From positions 284,924 to 348,923 of IMG/VR virus record IMGVR_UViG_3300014494_000005: a stretch of DNA of 64,000 nucleotides. One strand, given 5' to 3'. The notes beneath the pieces were generated by a model that worked only from the letters and a program-made list of their open reading frames with translations, was not told where the DNA came from and searched no databases. The position numbers and the translations under genes were made by a program. Positions 1 to 9,724 of the stretch are shown piece after piece. The first letter of the stretch is position 1, and the number at the start of each line of letters is the position of its first letter.

Positions 1-86
1 AATGCAGTTGTTGAAAAATTATATGAAAATTCTTTGGTTCGTAAATTACATGATGCTGCACAAATATTACAAAAAGAACTTGAATA

Positions 87-533
87 ATGGAGAATTTTAG
101 TAAAAGGTCAATTAAAGCAATACTTGATAATGATGCTGCATATGCAATATTAGATAATACTGAAGCAGGTGGAAGTACTTGGTGCGCAGGTGGATGCGCA
201 ATACTTGCATATGCACTTAATATCGCCTTTGGACTTCCTATTTATGTAATATATGATTATGACCTTAAACAAATTGACCATTTTGGAGTTAAAACTAAAA
301 ATAACACATTTATTGATTGTGATGGTGAACAAAGAGAATGGCTGAGAAATTTCAAAAGAAAAGAATTATATATGCATCCAAATAAAAAAATAGGAATTCT
401 ACCATATACTCAGAATTTACATAATCTTGATATTGTTATTGATATGAAAGCTAGTAAAAAACTTGCAGCATTATTCAAACCACAACCAGTTGCAGTAAGT
501 AATCAAACCTTACACGAAGGTTTATTTATTTAA
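87..533 (+). CDS. hypothetical protein, possible papain/transglutaminase-like Cys-His-Asp fold
   Basis: ORF track; AGGCAILA...DHFGV...IDCDG gives C, H, D in triad-like order; function is inference. Confidence 0.5.
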   Translation: MENFSKRSIKAILDNDAAYAILDNTEAGGSTWCAGGCAILAYALNIAFGLPIYVIYDYDLKQIDHFGVKTKNNTFIDCDGEQREWLRNFKRKELYMHPNKKIGILPYTQNLHNLDIVIDMKASKKLAALFKPQPVAVSNQTLHEGLFI

Positions 534-570
534 ATATTTTCCTTGTATTTCTAATTAATATCAACTATAT

Positions 571-1005
571 TTGTTGCTAATTATTTATATTATGTTAGTA
601 AATTTAGAACATCATTTTACCAATAGAGGTTGGTATTCTGATATACATCCATTTATTTTCATTAGACTTGAAGGTGGTTTTGAAGCATTTTCAGGTAAAG
701 CAAGTGAAACTTGGGAATATAGATGGATAATTAATATTCCAGAAGATGAAGATTTAGGAATACCTGCTGTATTAGTTAAAGGTAATGTTCATGAAACTCT
801 TGATAGTCTTGCAGAAAGAACTTTAGAAAAATTTATAATCGAAGAAGAAAAACAAAAAAATAAACCACAAGAAATTAAAGAAATTCTTGTAGGTGATTTT
901 GTAGATTGGAATCAATATAATCTGGATGAACTTTGTGAATATCTTGATGAAAAATATAGATATAATAGTAGTGGTGAAGCACTGGCAATATTCAAATTAA
1001 TTTAA
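571..1005 (+). CDS. hypothetical protein (ATG start likely 592)
   Basis: ORF track; no motif recognised. Confidence 0.75.
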   Translation: MLLIIYIMLVNLEHHFTNRGWYSDIHPFIFIRLEGGFEAFSGKASETWEYRWIINIPEDEDLGIPAVLVKGNVHETLDSLAERTLEKFIIEEEKQKNKPQEIKEILVGDFVDWNQYNLDELCEYLDEKYRYNSSGEALAIFKLI

Positions 1006-1111
1006 TTTTATAATAAAAATAAAAAGAAATCATCAAATAAAAAAATAAAAGATATTACAAAAAATAAATTATCTCAATATCGAAAAGGTAGTAAAATTAA
1101 TAAAAATATTC

Positions 1112-1462
1112 ATGACAAATCTTAGAAAATCAATCTATTTTTTACAACAAACACTAAGAAAAGATTATAAAGACGATAAGGATTTATTAGAAGCACTTGA
1201 TATATTATATGTTGTTGAAAAAAGACCCAAAACATTACTTAAACTTGAAAAAATTGCCAGTACTTATCACGATAAAGATATCTTTGCGGGAGTTACTGTA
1301 TCAAGAGATTGTCCTATTTGTGAAAAACATATACTTAATTCAGTATGTATTGAATCAGATATATTGGATTATTCAAAAGATTTGTACATTTGTACAGAAT
1401 GCTATATGAAATTACATATGATTTGGAAAGATAAAACCCCAAAAAAAATCTGTCCGGTATGA
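1112..1462 (+). CDS. hypothetical protein with two CxxC pairs
   Basis: CPIC and CTEC; ATGA overlap with next gene. Confidence 0.8.
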   Translation: MTNLRKSIYFLQQTLRKDYKDDKDLLEALDILYVVEKRPKTLLKLEKIASTYHDKDIFAGVTVSRDCPICEKHILNSVCIESDILDYSKDLYICTECYMKLHMIWKDKTPKKICPV

Positions 1463-1683
1463 AAATAATTAAATTAGATGAAAAAAATCCATACACAGAA
1501 ATATTGTATGAAAAACTTAATAACTTCTTGTATTTTGGTTATGAATATTTACCAATAATATTTCTAAAATCAGTTTATCTGGATGGTGAGAAATTACAAT
1601 TACCACGTTGGATAACCAAAAGATATTTGGATAGTATTGATGAAGGAACACAAAAATTAATGCAAGAATTAAATTGGGAATAA
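1459..1683 (+). CDS. hypothetical protein
   Basis: ORF track; ATGA coupling. Confidence 0.75.
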   Translation: MKIIKLDEKNPYTEILYEKLNNFLYFGYEYLPIIFLKSVYLDGEKLQLPRWITKRYLDSIDEGTQKLMQELNWE

Positions 1684-1943
1684 TTATGAAAATATTAATT
1701 GATGAATTATTAAAATCTGATAGTACACAAGAACAAGCAACAGTGATTATTGATGGCAAAAAATTGCAGGGTTATCAAATCGCCAAACCATTAAACTATG
1801 AAAAAGAATACTGTACTTTTATGGAAAGACTAAAAGCAGCATTACTTGTATTTAAATGTAAAGCAATTGCTGTACAATATTTTAGAGATTTAACTGAAGA
1901 AGAAAAATTTAAATATGTAAAAAATAAAATAAAAAATGAGTAA
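1674..1943 (+). CDS. hypothetical protein (start likely 1686)
   Basis: ORF track; packed in + block. Confidence 0.75.
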   Translation: MGIIMKILIDELLKSDSTQEQATVIIDGKKLQGYQIAKPLNYEKEYCTFMERLKAALLVFKCKAIAVQYFRDLTEEEKFKYVKNKIKNE

Positions 1944-2265
1944 ATTAGGATTAGCAAATAAACTATTTTTTCAATGGTTGTTTATAAGACTTACAAAAAA
2001 TACCGATAGACAGGTTTTTAGTTATAATCCTATTAGTTATGATATAATGCCTTATGGAATTGCTTCACAAGGTATTGGTGAAGTAAGAGTTACCGAATGG
2101 TATAGTATCCAATATTGGATGTTACCTCTTACTGGCTGGAAATGTAATTATATCTATTTGGGTAAAAAAAGTCCAAGATATTGGCAAATAACAAAGAAAA
2201 AAATAATAAATAGTAATGTTATTAATAGTAAACCTAGAAGTAAATTTTTTAAATATATAAAATGA
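1936..2265 (+). CDS. hypothetical protein
   Basis: ORF track; overlaps neighbours. Confidence 0.75.
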   Translation: MSKLGLANKLFFQWLFIRLTKNTDRQVFSYNPISYDIMPYGIASQGIGEVRVTEWYSIQYWMLPLTGWKCNYIYLGKKSPRYWQITKKKIINSNVINSKPRSKFFKYIK

Positions 2266-2424
2266 AAATAGATGGAGTAGAATTAAAAGAAGATGATATG
2301 ATTGTTATTTTAAATCAACCAAATATTTTAGGTAAAACAATTTTTAGTTTTTTATATAAGTTTTTATTAAAAAGACGTAGACAGACTGAAAATGGTATAT
2401 ATGTCGTAACTAAAATAGGAAATA

Positions 2425-2661
2425 ATGATAACTAAACAAGAAGTACGAACATTTAGAATTGATAAAAAATGTCCGAAGTGTGATATAGGTAATATGATTG
2501 CAACAGGTACTCGCTATACTACAAATGTAACTCAAGTTCAACATAGATGTAATAATTGCAGTCATGAATGTAGTTATATCAATCAATCATATCCATTGTA
2601 TAGCCATGAAAATATTGGTGAAATAACATTATTAATAGATGATACTGAAGAAGTACAATAA
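2425..2661 (+). CDS. zinc-ribbon protein, paralog 1
   Basis: EVRTFRIDKKCPKC...HRCNNC; aligns by eye with next ORF. Confidence 0.8.
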   Translation: MITKQEVRTFRIDKKCPKCDIGNMIATGTRYTTNVTQVQHRCNNCSHECSYINQSYPLYSHENIGEITLLIDDTEEVQ

Positions 2662-2663
2662 TT

Positions 2664-2906
2664 ATGGAAGTAAAAAATGAAGTTAAAACAATAAGAGTGG
2701 ATTTCTTGTGTCCTAAATGTGAAAAAGGTTTTCTTAGACCTACTGGAAATGTCTTAACAACTTATCCAGCACAATATCCACCACAATATCCACATAAATG
2801 TAATAATCCTGATTGTGATTATGTACAAACTTTTGGTAATGTATATCCGTATGTAATACATGAACCTATTAATTTACTTACATTATTAGGAAAAAAATAT
2901 GGTTAA
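2664..2906 (+). CDS. zinc-ribbon protein, paralog 2
   Basis: EVKTIRVDFLCPKC...HKCNNPDC. Confidence 0.8.
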   Translation: MEVKNEVKTIRVDFLCPKCEKGFLRPTGNVLTTYPAQYPPQYPHKCNNPDCDYVQTFGNVYPYVIHEPINLLTLLGKKYG

Positions 2907-3065
2907 TCTCAAAAGAATAGAAAGATTTCAAAAAGGTATTGAACTATTTGGATATGATTCGGATTTTCGTAAAGAAATTGAAAATCTAATGAATGAAGTT
3001 CCTATTGATAGACAAAAACTTGATGATTGCTTTGACAAATACAATATTTCAAAAGAAAAATAATA

Positions 3066-3293
3066 ATGGATAATTTAAATATTGAATGTGAATATTATCC
3101 CTGTCATAAAAAAATGGAAGATTGTACTTTCTGTTATTGTCCTTTCTATCCATGTTATAATCAAGATTATGGAAAATTTATAAGAATTAAGAAAAAAAGA
3201 GTCTGGGATTGTAGTAATTGTACTTGGATTCATGAAAGCGAAACCGTGGATTGTATTTATGAATTTATAAAACAAAAATTTAACCTACCTTAA
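3066..3293 (+). CDS. cysteine-rich small domain (zf-like) protein
   Basis: CEYYPCH...CTFCYCPFYPC...WDCSNCTWIH signature. Confidence 0.75.
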   Translation: MDNLNIECEYYPCHKKMEDCTFCYCPFYPCYNQDYGKFIRIKKKRVWDCSNCTWIHESETVDCIYEFIKQKFNLP

Positions 3294-3394
3294 TATAATG
3301 ATTGTTATGATTCGAAACAATGAGGTCCGATTCCGTTTGATTCCTAATAAGGTTATATAATATTTCAATAGTCTATATATTATAGAAAATAAAT

Positions 3395-4150
3395 ATGAAT
3401 AATAAATATATAATTATTATATTGTTATTTGTGTTGCAAATATTATCAGCACAACAACTAAATTATAAACATGGTAAACCAACTACTAAAGGTATTTGTG
3501 AATATGTTGATAATAATATTGATAGTATTATAATTGAATTTGAGAAATTTGTTGATGATAGTATCTATAATGTCTATATTGCAACCGATGACCTTAGTGA
3601 ATATTATGAAAGAGATGGTTTGGAATTAGGAGAATTTAATGCACCTAATTCAATTGTCATTACTAATCAAATAATATTTTTTGATTATGAATTAAAATAC
3701 TTATCATGGTGGAAAAAAATTAATATCAGCGAATCTAATCAATTTGTAAAAGCAACTATTTTGCATGAACTTATGCATGATTATTTTTATATTGTAATAC
3801 AGAAAACAAAAAAATTACAATCAATACAATTGGACTATCTGAATGGTATTCATATGTGTCCTATTAATAGTGGTGCAGTTTTTATTGAAGAAGGTATTTG
3901 TGAATATCTTGTGGAAAAAATGGGTCAAATGATATGTGATGATGATTATAAAAATTATAATAACGATTCTATATCAAAATATTTTAATACTTATTATGTC
4001 AAATATCATATGAGTAGATTGTTTGTAAAACCAATTGTTGATAAATTTGGTTTTGGAAAAGCAATTGAAGTCCTTGTTACTAATAAACCACCAAGTATTG
4101 ATGAAATCCAATATCCGAATAAGTTCTATAATAGATTAAAAATTTTTTAA
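3395..4150 (+). CDS. secreted zincin-type metallopeptidase-like protein
   Basis: N-terminal signal-like segment; HELMH plus downstream EEG (gluzincin-like third ligand). Confidence 0.6.
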   Translation: MNNKYIIIILLFVLQILSAQQLNYKHGKPTTKGICEYVDNNIDSIIIEFEKFVDDSIYNVYIATDDLSEYYERDGLELGEFNAPNSIVITNQIIFFDYELKYLSWWKKINISESNQFVKATILHELMHDYFYIVIQKTKKLQSIQLDYLNGIHMCPINSGAVFIEEGICEYLVEKMGQMICDDDYKNYNNDSISKYFNTYYVKYHMSRLFVKPIVDKFGFGKAIEVLVTNKPPSIDEIQYPNKFYNRLKIF

Positions 4151-4290
4151 TTATAAAAAAATTTTTTATAGAATTTTTTATGGTTTTGTTTTTGGTTAAG
4201 TATCTATATATCAGGAATTTTATTAATATTTTTTTAAAATAATTAAATATTTATAGAATTATTTTAACCTATGTGAAGATAGTCGTGTAG

Positions 4291-4363
4291 CACCCCCACC
4301 GTCCAGAGGGGGTGTAAACAGGGGGTTATAGGAGGGGGGGATACGGGGGTATATAGGTAGGGG
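4291..4363 (+). other. G-tract island (G-quadruplex-capable) with CACCCCC/GGGGGTG hairpin
   Basis: G5 4308-12, G5 4321-25, G7 4334-40, G5 4345-49, G4 4360-63 between convergent genes. Confidence 0.8.
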
Positions 4364-4437
4364 TTAGTTTAGACAGGTTCTAAATAGTAAAGTAATTATA
4401 AAAAGAGGGATGAAATTTACACCCCCCTTTAGTTTTC

Positions 4438-4959
4438 TTATACTATTTCGTAAGTAGTGCCACGAACTTTTAGGCGTTTAATGTTTTCGACCGCAATTTC
4501 TCTATGATAAACTGGTTTATCAACACCCTGATATTTGGCAGGGTCAGATTGTGGAAAATACATCTTAATTAGTGCATTTGGAATAAGGTTAAGCACTGAA
4601 TCAAAGTGAAACGACCTAAAAGTTTGTTGTGCCTTATATGTAAGGTAAAACGTTCCTTTTTCAATATGTTTACTTAAAGCTGTGCTAATACGTTTACCTT
4701 TGCCGTTCCATAAAGGTTGGCTTAAAAATTCTCTTTCTTTACCTTCTCTTTCAAGTTCGTTATTAACAGCATTTTCGTATTTATAACCAATCATGCAGCC
4801 AACATTTGCAATTTTAGTAACATTGCCAAAACGCTGTTTACCTTCTTTTGTTAATTTAGGTTCAGTAACATACTGAATTGAAGCAGGTTGCGCACCATAG
4901 CTCCAATTAGCAAGCATTACAATTAACTGATTTACTGTTATTTTTTTAGTTATTCTCAT
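4438..4959 (-). CDS. hypothetical phage protein
   Basis: ORF track; own ECF-type promoter at 4994-5019. Confidence 0.85.
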   Translation of the reverse strand: MRITKKITVNQLIVMLANWSYGAQPASIQYVTEPKLTKEGKQRFGNVTKIANVGCMIGYKYENAVNNELEREGKEREFLSQPLWNGKGKRISTALSKHIEKGTFYLTYKAQQTFRSFHFDSVLNLIPNALIKMYFPQSDPAKYQGVDKPVYHREIAVENIKRLKVRGTTYEIV

Positions 4960-5033
4960 TTTGTTTTATGTTTAATTGGTTTATGAATGAGTATACGTAC
5001 AATGTTGAAAATAGTTACAGTTATTATTTAAAA

Positions 5034-5306
5034 TTAAAAATTATTTGTTTTATTATGTTCAATTAGTTCACTATCTTGTGAACCATTTTTGACCATTAAA
5101 TCAAATTTAATTTTTGCTTTATCGAATGTTTTATATAAACCATTTGAACAAAAAGGGTTTTTAGTAGTTTCGTACACAGCATAAGAAATTCCATTTTTGT
5201 AAGGTTTATTTAATCTTATTAGATTAACAAAACTACCATTTTTGAAATTTGCATATTCAATAAGAGGGCTATTAAATACCCTTCGGGGCAATATTAAGTA
5301 ACTCAT
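5034..5306 (-). CDS. hypothetical protein
   Basis: ORF track; own promoter. Confidence 0.85.
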   Translation of the reverse strand: MSYLILPRRVFNSPLIEYANFKNGSFVNLIRLNKPYKNGISYAVYETTKNPFCSNGLYKTFDKAKIKFDLMVKNGSQDSELIEHNKTNNF

Positions 5307-5401
5307 ATTTTTTTATTATTGGTTTATAATTATAAAGAGTATACGTAAGAAATAAAAAAAGGTTGCAATTTCTCACAACCTTTTTAACATTGTCTTATTG
5401 T

Positions 5402-5920
5402 TTACAGGTATTTATAAAATTCTGAATCTACTTTTATAGTTTCTCTTACTGTTTCCAATTTTTCTTTTAACTCGTGATATTTGTTAAGTTTTGCCTGTTC
5501 TTCATCAAAGTCAAGTACTTTGGTTAAATCTTTGGTTAGGTTATCAAAATCAGTCAAGTTTTTTAGGGTAGTATTATCCATTTCACCCAAGTAAATACTT
5601 TTTTCAAAATACTGGCAGTAATATGTTTTATCTTCATATTTACCACCATTGAAACAAAGTTTAAAATTCAAACAAATTGAATAATTACTTATACTGAAAT
5701 AACAACCCTGATTAGAAGCAAAATCATTATCAGTTAATTTGCAAACATTTGCATTGAAATTAAGAAAATCAATAATAAATTTTGCACTTTTACCGTTCAG
5801 TGTATTGATTTTCTTACCTATGAATTTTTCTAACTGTGGATAGATATGAATTAACTGTTCTAATACTATACGATTTAACTCATTCTTCCCATGTATTTCT
5901 AATTTTAAGTTGGTTTTCAT
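5402..5920 (-). CDS. hypothetical protein
   Basis: ORF track; own promoter and leader. Confidence 0.85.
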   Translation of the reverse strand: MKTNLKLEIHGKNELNRIVLEQLIHIYPQLEKFIGKKINTLNGKSAKFIIDFLNFNANVCKLTDNDFASNQGCYFSISNYSICLNFKLCFNGGKYEDKTYYCQYFEKSIYLGEMDNTTLKNLTDFDNLTKDLTKVLDFDEEQAKLNKYHELKEKLETVRETIKVDSEFYKYL

Positions 5921-5982
5921 TGCTTTATTGTTTTTATTGGTTTATAAAGAGTATACGTACAATATAGAAAATAGTTACAATT

Positions 5983-6180
5983 TTACCTTGAATCAGTGAA
6001 ATAATGACCTTGATTATTATAACCAGAAGATTCACAACCCCTTATGGTTGTTTTTAAATGATAAGAAAGACTGTGACAAAAATGAACAAAATTGTTCCAA
6101 TTTAATTCACATACCGAGTATTGTGGTTCTTTATCCCAATTTATGGCATTTGTACCGACTGTATAGTAATATGTTTTCAT
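5983..6180 (-). CDS. hypothetical protein
   Basis: ORF track; own promoter and leader. Confidence 0.8.
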   Translation of the reverse strand: MKTYYYTVGTNAINWDKEPQYSVCELNWNNFVHFCHSLSYHLKTTIRGCESSGYNNQGHYFTDSR

Positions 6181-6262
6181 TTGCTTTATTGTTTTTGGTT
6201 TATGTATAGTTTAACGTAAGAAATAAAAAAAGGTTACAATTTCTTATAACCTTTTTTACTTA

Positions 6263-6463
6263 TTATCTTTGTTTGAATTTACCGTCATCAATCCAGATAA
6301 TTAAATGGTCATCTGTTGGGACTAACATAATATGATAACCTTTAGATAAGATTATTTCTATAATGATATTACGCATATCAACTGAATAGTCAAATTCTGT
6401 ATTTCTTTCGTATGGCAGGTCATCAAATTTAGTACGCCAATATGATACAATTATTTTTTTCAT
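6263..6463 (-). CDS. hypothetical protein
   Basis: ORF track; own promoter and leader. Confidence 0.8.
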   Translation of the reverse strand: MKKIIVSYWRTKFDDLPYERNTEFDYSVDMRNIIIEIILSKGYHIMLVPTDDHLIIWIDDGKFKQR

Positions 6464-6655
6464 TTTCTTTTTGTTTTTATTGGTTTATGTATGGTTTAAC
6501 GTAAGAAATTAAAAAAGGTTACATTTGCCAGTAAATATAATATTATGGTAAATGTTCTAAAATATATTTATTTTTTGTAACCTTTTTAAATAAAATACGT
6601 TAAATACTATATATTTCACAAAATTTTATTTATTCATTAAAAACCAAAAAGCAAA

Positions 6656-7324
6656 ATGAAAAGAACTAAAAGTGAATTATTGAGTAACACTAAAGACGTA
6701 AAAAACTCAAAGTTTATTGATAACAATACATTAAGTATTGAATATCAAAATGGAATCAAAGCAATACGCTTGCATAATACTGATATTGTCACAATAAAAG
6801 ACAATATGTATATTCTTAATTCTGGTGGCTGGCGTACACCAACAACTAAAGACAGAATTAACAAATATTCACCTGCCAGAATCAGTCAAAACAACGGTCA
6901 ATGGTTTATTAAAGGCTTTTTATTTTACGATGGAATTGAAATTAATCAATCCGGTGACATTGTTTCCAAAAAACTTGAATCTGACAATGATAAAGTTAAT
7001 AAGATGAAAAAGAAAATTTCAGATTATTGTAATCTTGTTACTAAAGAAAATCTGCCTTTACCTTCCTCTGGTGACTGTTGGGATTGTGCATTTATTTCAA
7101 AAGATGGTAAAACAATGGGAGAACTTTCAAATAGCACTCATTTATTAAATCATCTTGACGAAAAGTATTTGCATGGTAGTATTTTAGTTAATGCAATGAG
7201 AGAAACCGGATATAATGACCAGCAAATCGGTTTTCATTACTCAGCAAAATTGTATACTACTTTTAGACGTGCATTAAGAAAGTATTTGCAAAAAAGATTA
7301 ATTGCTAACATAGCAATAAGATAA
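6656..7324 (+). CDS. conserved hypothetical phage protein
   Basis: IRLHNTDIV...LNSGGWRTPTTKDRIN motif recalled from phage proteins. Confidence 0.85.
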   Translation: MKRTKSELLSNTKDVKNSKFIDNNTLSIEYQNGIKAIRLHNTDIVTIKDNMYILNSGGWRTPTTKDRINKYSPARISQNNGQWFIKGFLFYDGIEINQSGDIVSKKLESDNDKVNKMKKKISDYCNLVTKENLPLPSSGDCWDCAFISKDGKTMGELSNSTHLLNHLDEKYLHGSILVNAMRETGYNDQQIGFHYSAKLYTTFRRALRKYLQKRLIANIAIR

Positions 7325-7416
7325 TGTCCAATGTACATAATAAAAGGTTACAATAAAATGTAACCTTTTATATTTTTTTACGTTTAACTATTATAAACCA
7401 ATAAAAACAAAGCAAA

Positions 7417-7629
7417 ATGGAAGTACCTAATATTATTACTGGAATTGACTGGAAGTTATTAAGAAAACAAAAAAGATTATTACTTCAAGTCATAAATAAT
7501 GATAATGTAAATTTTAAAGAAAAGGAAGCATTAGAAGGTATTTTAAATCTTATTGATGCAATACAGGATTATGCTGTTGATGATGCACAAATAGTCACAG
7601 AAATTGAGGTTTTCGGTAAGTTAAAATAA
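7417..7629 (+). CDS. hypothetical protein
   Basis: ORF track; own promoter and leader. Confidence 0.85.
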   Translation: MEVPNIITGIDWKLLRKQKRLLLQVINNDNVNFKEKEALEGILNLIDAIQDYAVDDAQIVTEIEVFGKLK

Positions 7630-7704
7630 TACTAATAAAATCATAATAACTATTTTCGTTCAATGTACGTAAACGAATTATTATAAACCAAAAAACACAA
7701 AGTA

Positions 7705-8271
7705 ATGATAAATTTTGAAACAATTTACAATGAGAACTATAATAATGTATTGAATTACATTAATAGTAAGATTAAAGACAGATTAACAGCCGAAGACCTA
7801 ACTGCAGAAGTGTTTGAAAAAGTGTACAAACATTTAGAAAGTGGTATTTCAGGTGCTTTTAATTCTGAAAAAGCAAAATTCAATACTTGGTTAATGGCAA
7901 TTACTAATAATCATCTTATTGACCATTTTCGCAAAACTGCAAATGATAACCGGGTTCAGAATGTCAGTGATTTTGTTAATGAAGAGGGTGATGAAATATT
8001 TCAATTTGTTGGTAGTAAAGACAGCGAAACCGATTTTGATATTAATGAAATTGAGCTTAAAAACAGACTTGACAAAGCATTTGATTCATTAAAACCTAAA
8101 TACAAAAGGGTTGCTGAATTATATTTCCGTAAGGAAATGAAATACATTGAAATTGCTGAAATGTGCCAGATTCCAATAGGTACGGTTAAAGCTACAATAA
8201 TGAGATGCAGGGAGATGTTACAAGCAGAATTAAAGAGTTTGCACAATGTTCGTAAAGTAGTAATGGCATAA
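7705..8271 (+). CDS. ECF (group IV) RNA polymerase sigma factor
   Basis: region 2 (AEDLTAEVFEKVY...FNTWLMAITNNHLIDHFRK) and region 4.2 HTH (KYIEIAEMCQIPIGTVKATIMR); 188 aa. Confidence 0.95.
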   Translation: MINFETIYNENYNNVLNYINSKIKDRLTAEDLTAEVFEKVYKHLESGISGAFNSEKAKFNTWLMAITNNHLIDHFRKTANDNRVQNVSDFVNEEGDEIFQFVGSKDSETDFDINEIELKNRLDKAFDSLKPKYKRVAELYFRKEMKYIEIAEMCQIPIGTVKATIMRCREMLQAELKSLHNVRKVVMA

Positions 8272-8330
8272 TGTAACCTTTTAGGGTAATGTACGTATAC
8301 TTATTATAAACCAATAAAAACAATAAAGCA

Positions 8331-8513
8331 ATGGAACGTAAAAATTGGATTGTTCGTTATTATGACAAAAAAGATGTTTTAATTAGTTCACATATAATTA
8401 AAGACAGAACCGACCACGAAGCCGAAAATGAAGCAATGGCAGATATGCCAGATAATTGTGATGATTGGTCAATGATTTCAGAAGAAGAAAATAAAAAATT
8501 GAGACCCAAATAA
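8331..8513 (+). CDS. hypothetical protein
   Basis: ORF track; promoter 8272 and leader TAAACCAATAAAAACAATAAAGCAATG. Confidence 0.85.
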   Translation: MERKNWIVRYYDKKDVLISSHIIKDRTDHEAENEAMADMPDNCDDWSMISEEENKKLRPK

Positions 8514-8562
8514 CAATTGTTCAATGTACATAAGTTACAAAACCAAAATAAACAATAAAGCA

Positions 8563-8748
8563 ATGCCAAATAAAAATGTTGTTAACGTATATCAAAAACC
8601 ATTAACCAATGAAGATTTTGAAGGACAAGCAGCTTTGATAAAGAAAGAAGATAATGTACAATCAAAACAACCCGGATATGAATATTGGTATGTACGTTTT
8701 CTTGATGAAGAAGCAAAAGTATTGAGATTAGTTAATATGAATTGTTAA
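8563..8748 (+). CDS. hypothetical protein (start moved to leader-associated ATG)
   Basis: leader AACAATAAAGCAATG ends at the ATG at 8563. Confidence 0.75.
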   Translation: MPNKNVVNVYQKPLTNEDFEGQAALIKKEDNVQSKQPGYEYWYVRFLDEEAKVLRLVNMNC

Positions 8749-8841
8749 ACCGGGTCAATGTACATAATAAAGGGTTGCTAATAATGCAACCTTTTTTAAT
8801 TTACTGCGTATACTCACTATAAACCAATAAACAATAAAGTT

Positions 8842-9087
8842 ATGACGACAAAAACAGCAGTAAGACCTTTGTACGAAATTGCAGAGGAAATCCGTAAAGA
8901 TTGGAAACCTGTAAACTATGCAGCTAAACCATATCTTGAAGCAATGTACAGCTTAAACAAAATTACTGACAATTACATTATGGATACTGGTAAAAGCATT
9001 GTAGCATATTTCCTTTGTAATGCAAGTTCTTGGAGAGGTGACGTTGCCAAACGTGTCAAAGCTGAATTGAATAAAATGATTAAGTAA
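8842..9087 (+). CDS. conserved hypothetical phage protein
   Basis: RPLYEIA.EI..DW...YAAKPYL.AM...WRG..AK.VK.EL pattern. Confidence 0.85.
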   Translation: MTTKTAVRPLYEIAEEIRKDWKPVNYAAKPYLEAMYSLNKITDNYIMDTGKSIVAYFLCNASSWRGDVAKRVKAELNKMIK

Positions 9088-9176
9088 TTAATCGATGTAC
9101 AATAAAAGAGGTTGCTAAATGCAACCTTTTTTATTTTATTGCGTATACTCATTCATAAACCAAAAACACAATTACA

Positions 9177-9665
9177 ATGAAAATAATTAACGGTAATTTT
9201 AAAGAAATTGATTATCCGGTTGGTGACCATATTCAAGAAAATATTCCCATTATTAATAATATGGGTATTAGAATTAAATCTATTTTAATTGAAAAGAAAT
9301 TAGAAAGTGATGACCAAATTAATCTAATTTGTAGTGGTAGTTCTGGTGCTATTATATCTTCAATTATAGCAACAATTCTTTATAAAGATTTTAAAGATGT
9401 TAATATTCGTCATATAAAAAAAGACGGTGAAAGTAGTCATGCAGCAGATAATTATAAATCTCATTTTTATAGTAGTTATTTTAATGGCTTTAATATTATA
9501 GTTGACGATTTTATTTGTAGTGGTGACACAATGAAACGTATCTTTAGTAAAATACGTGACGATATTCAAATTGATATAATTGCTATTAGTAAAATTAATA
9601 ATGGTTGTGAAAAAGTTATTAATTTTTTTAAAGAACAAAAAGTTAAGATATTATTAAGAGATTAA
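9177..9665 (+). CDS. type I phosphoribosyltransferase-fold protein, paralog 1
   Basis: PRPP-binding loop IIVDDFICSGDT; LICSGSSGAII. Confidence 0.8.
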   Translation: MKIINGNFKEIDYPVGDHIQENIPIINNMGIRIKSILIEKKLESDDQINLICSGSSGAIISSIIATILYKDFKDVNIRHIKKDGESSHAADNYKSHFYSSYFNGFNIIVDDFICSGDTMKRIFSKIRDDIQIDIIAISKINNGCEKVINFFKEQKVKILLRD

Positions 9666-9724
9666 TGTAACCTTTCTAACTAAAGTCCGTATACTCATAT
9701 ATAAACCAAAAAAACAATAAAGCA

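Larger units (their letters stand above)
4994..6523 (-). promoter_or_regulatory. five leftward ECF-type promoters TG(T/C)AAC-N16-CGT(A/T)
   Basis: GTT(A/G)CA on + strand at 5014, 5362, 5974, 6233, 6518, each 16 nt from (T/A)ACG, one per gene. Confidence 0.9.

Noticed and set aside
7329-7340. UGUACAUA matches the Pumilio element
   Set aside because: Eukaryotic motif; no reason to apply it to a bacterial virus.
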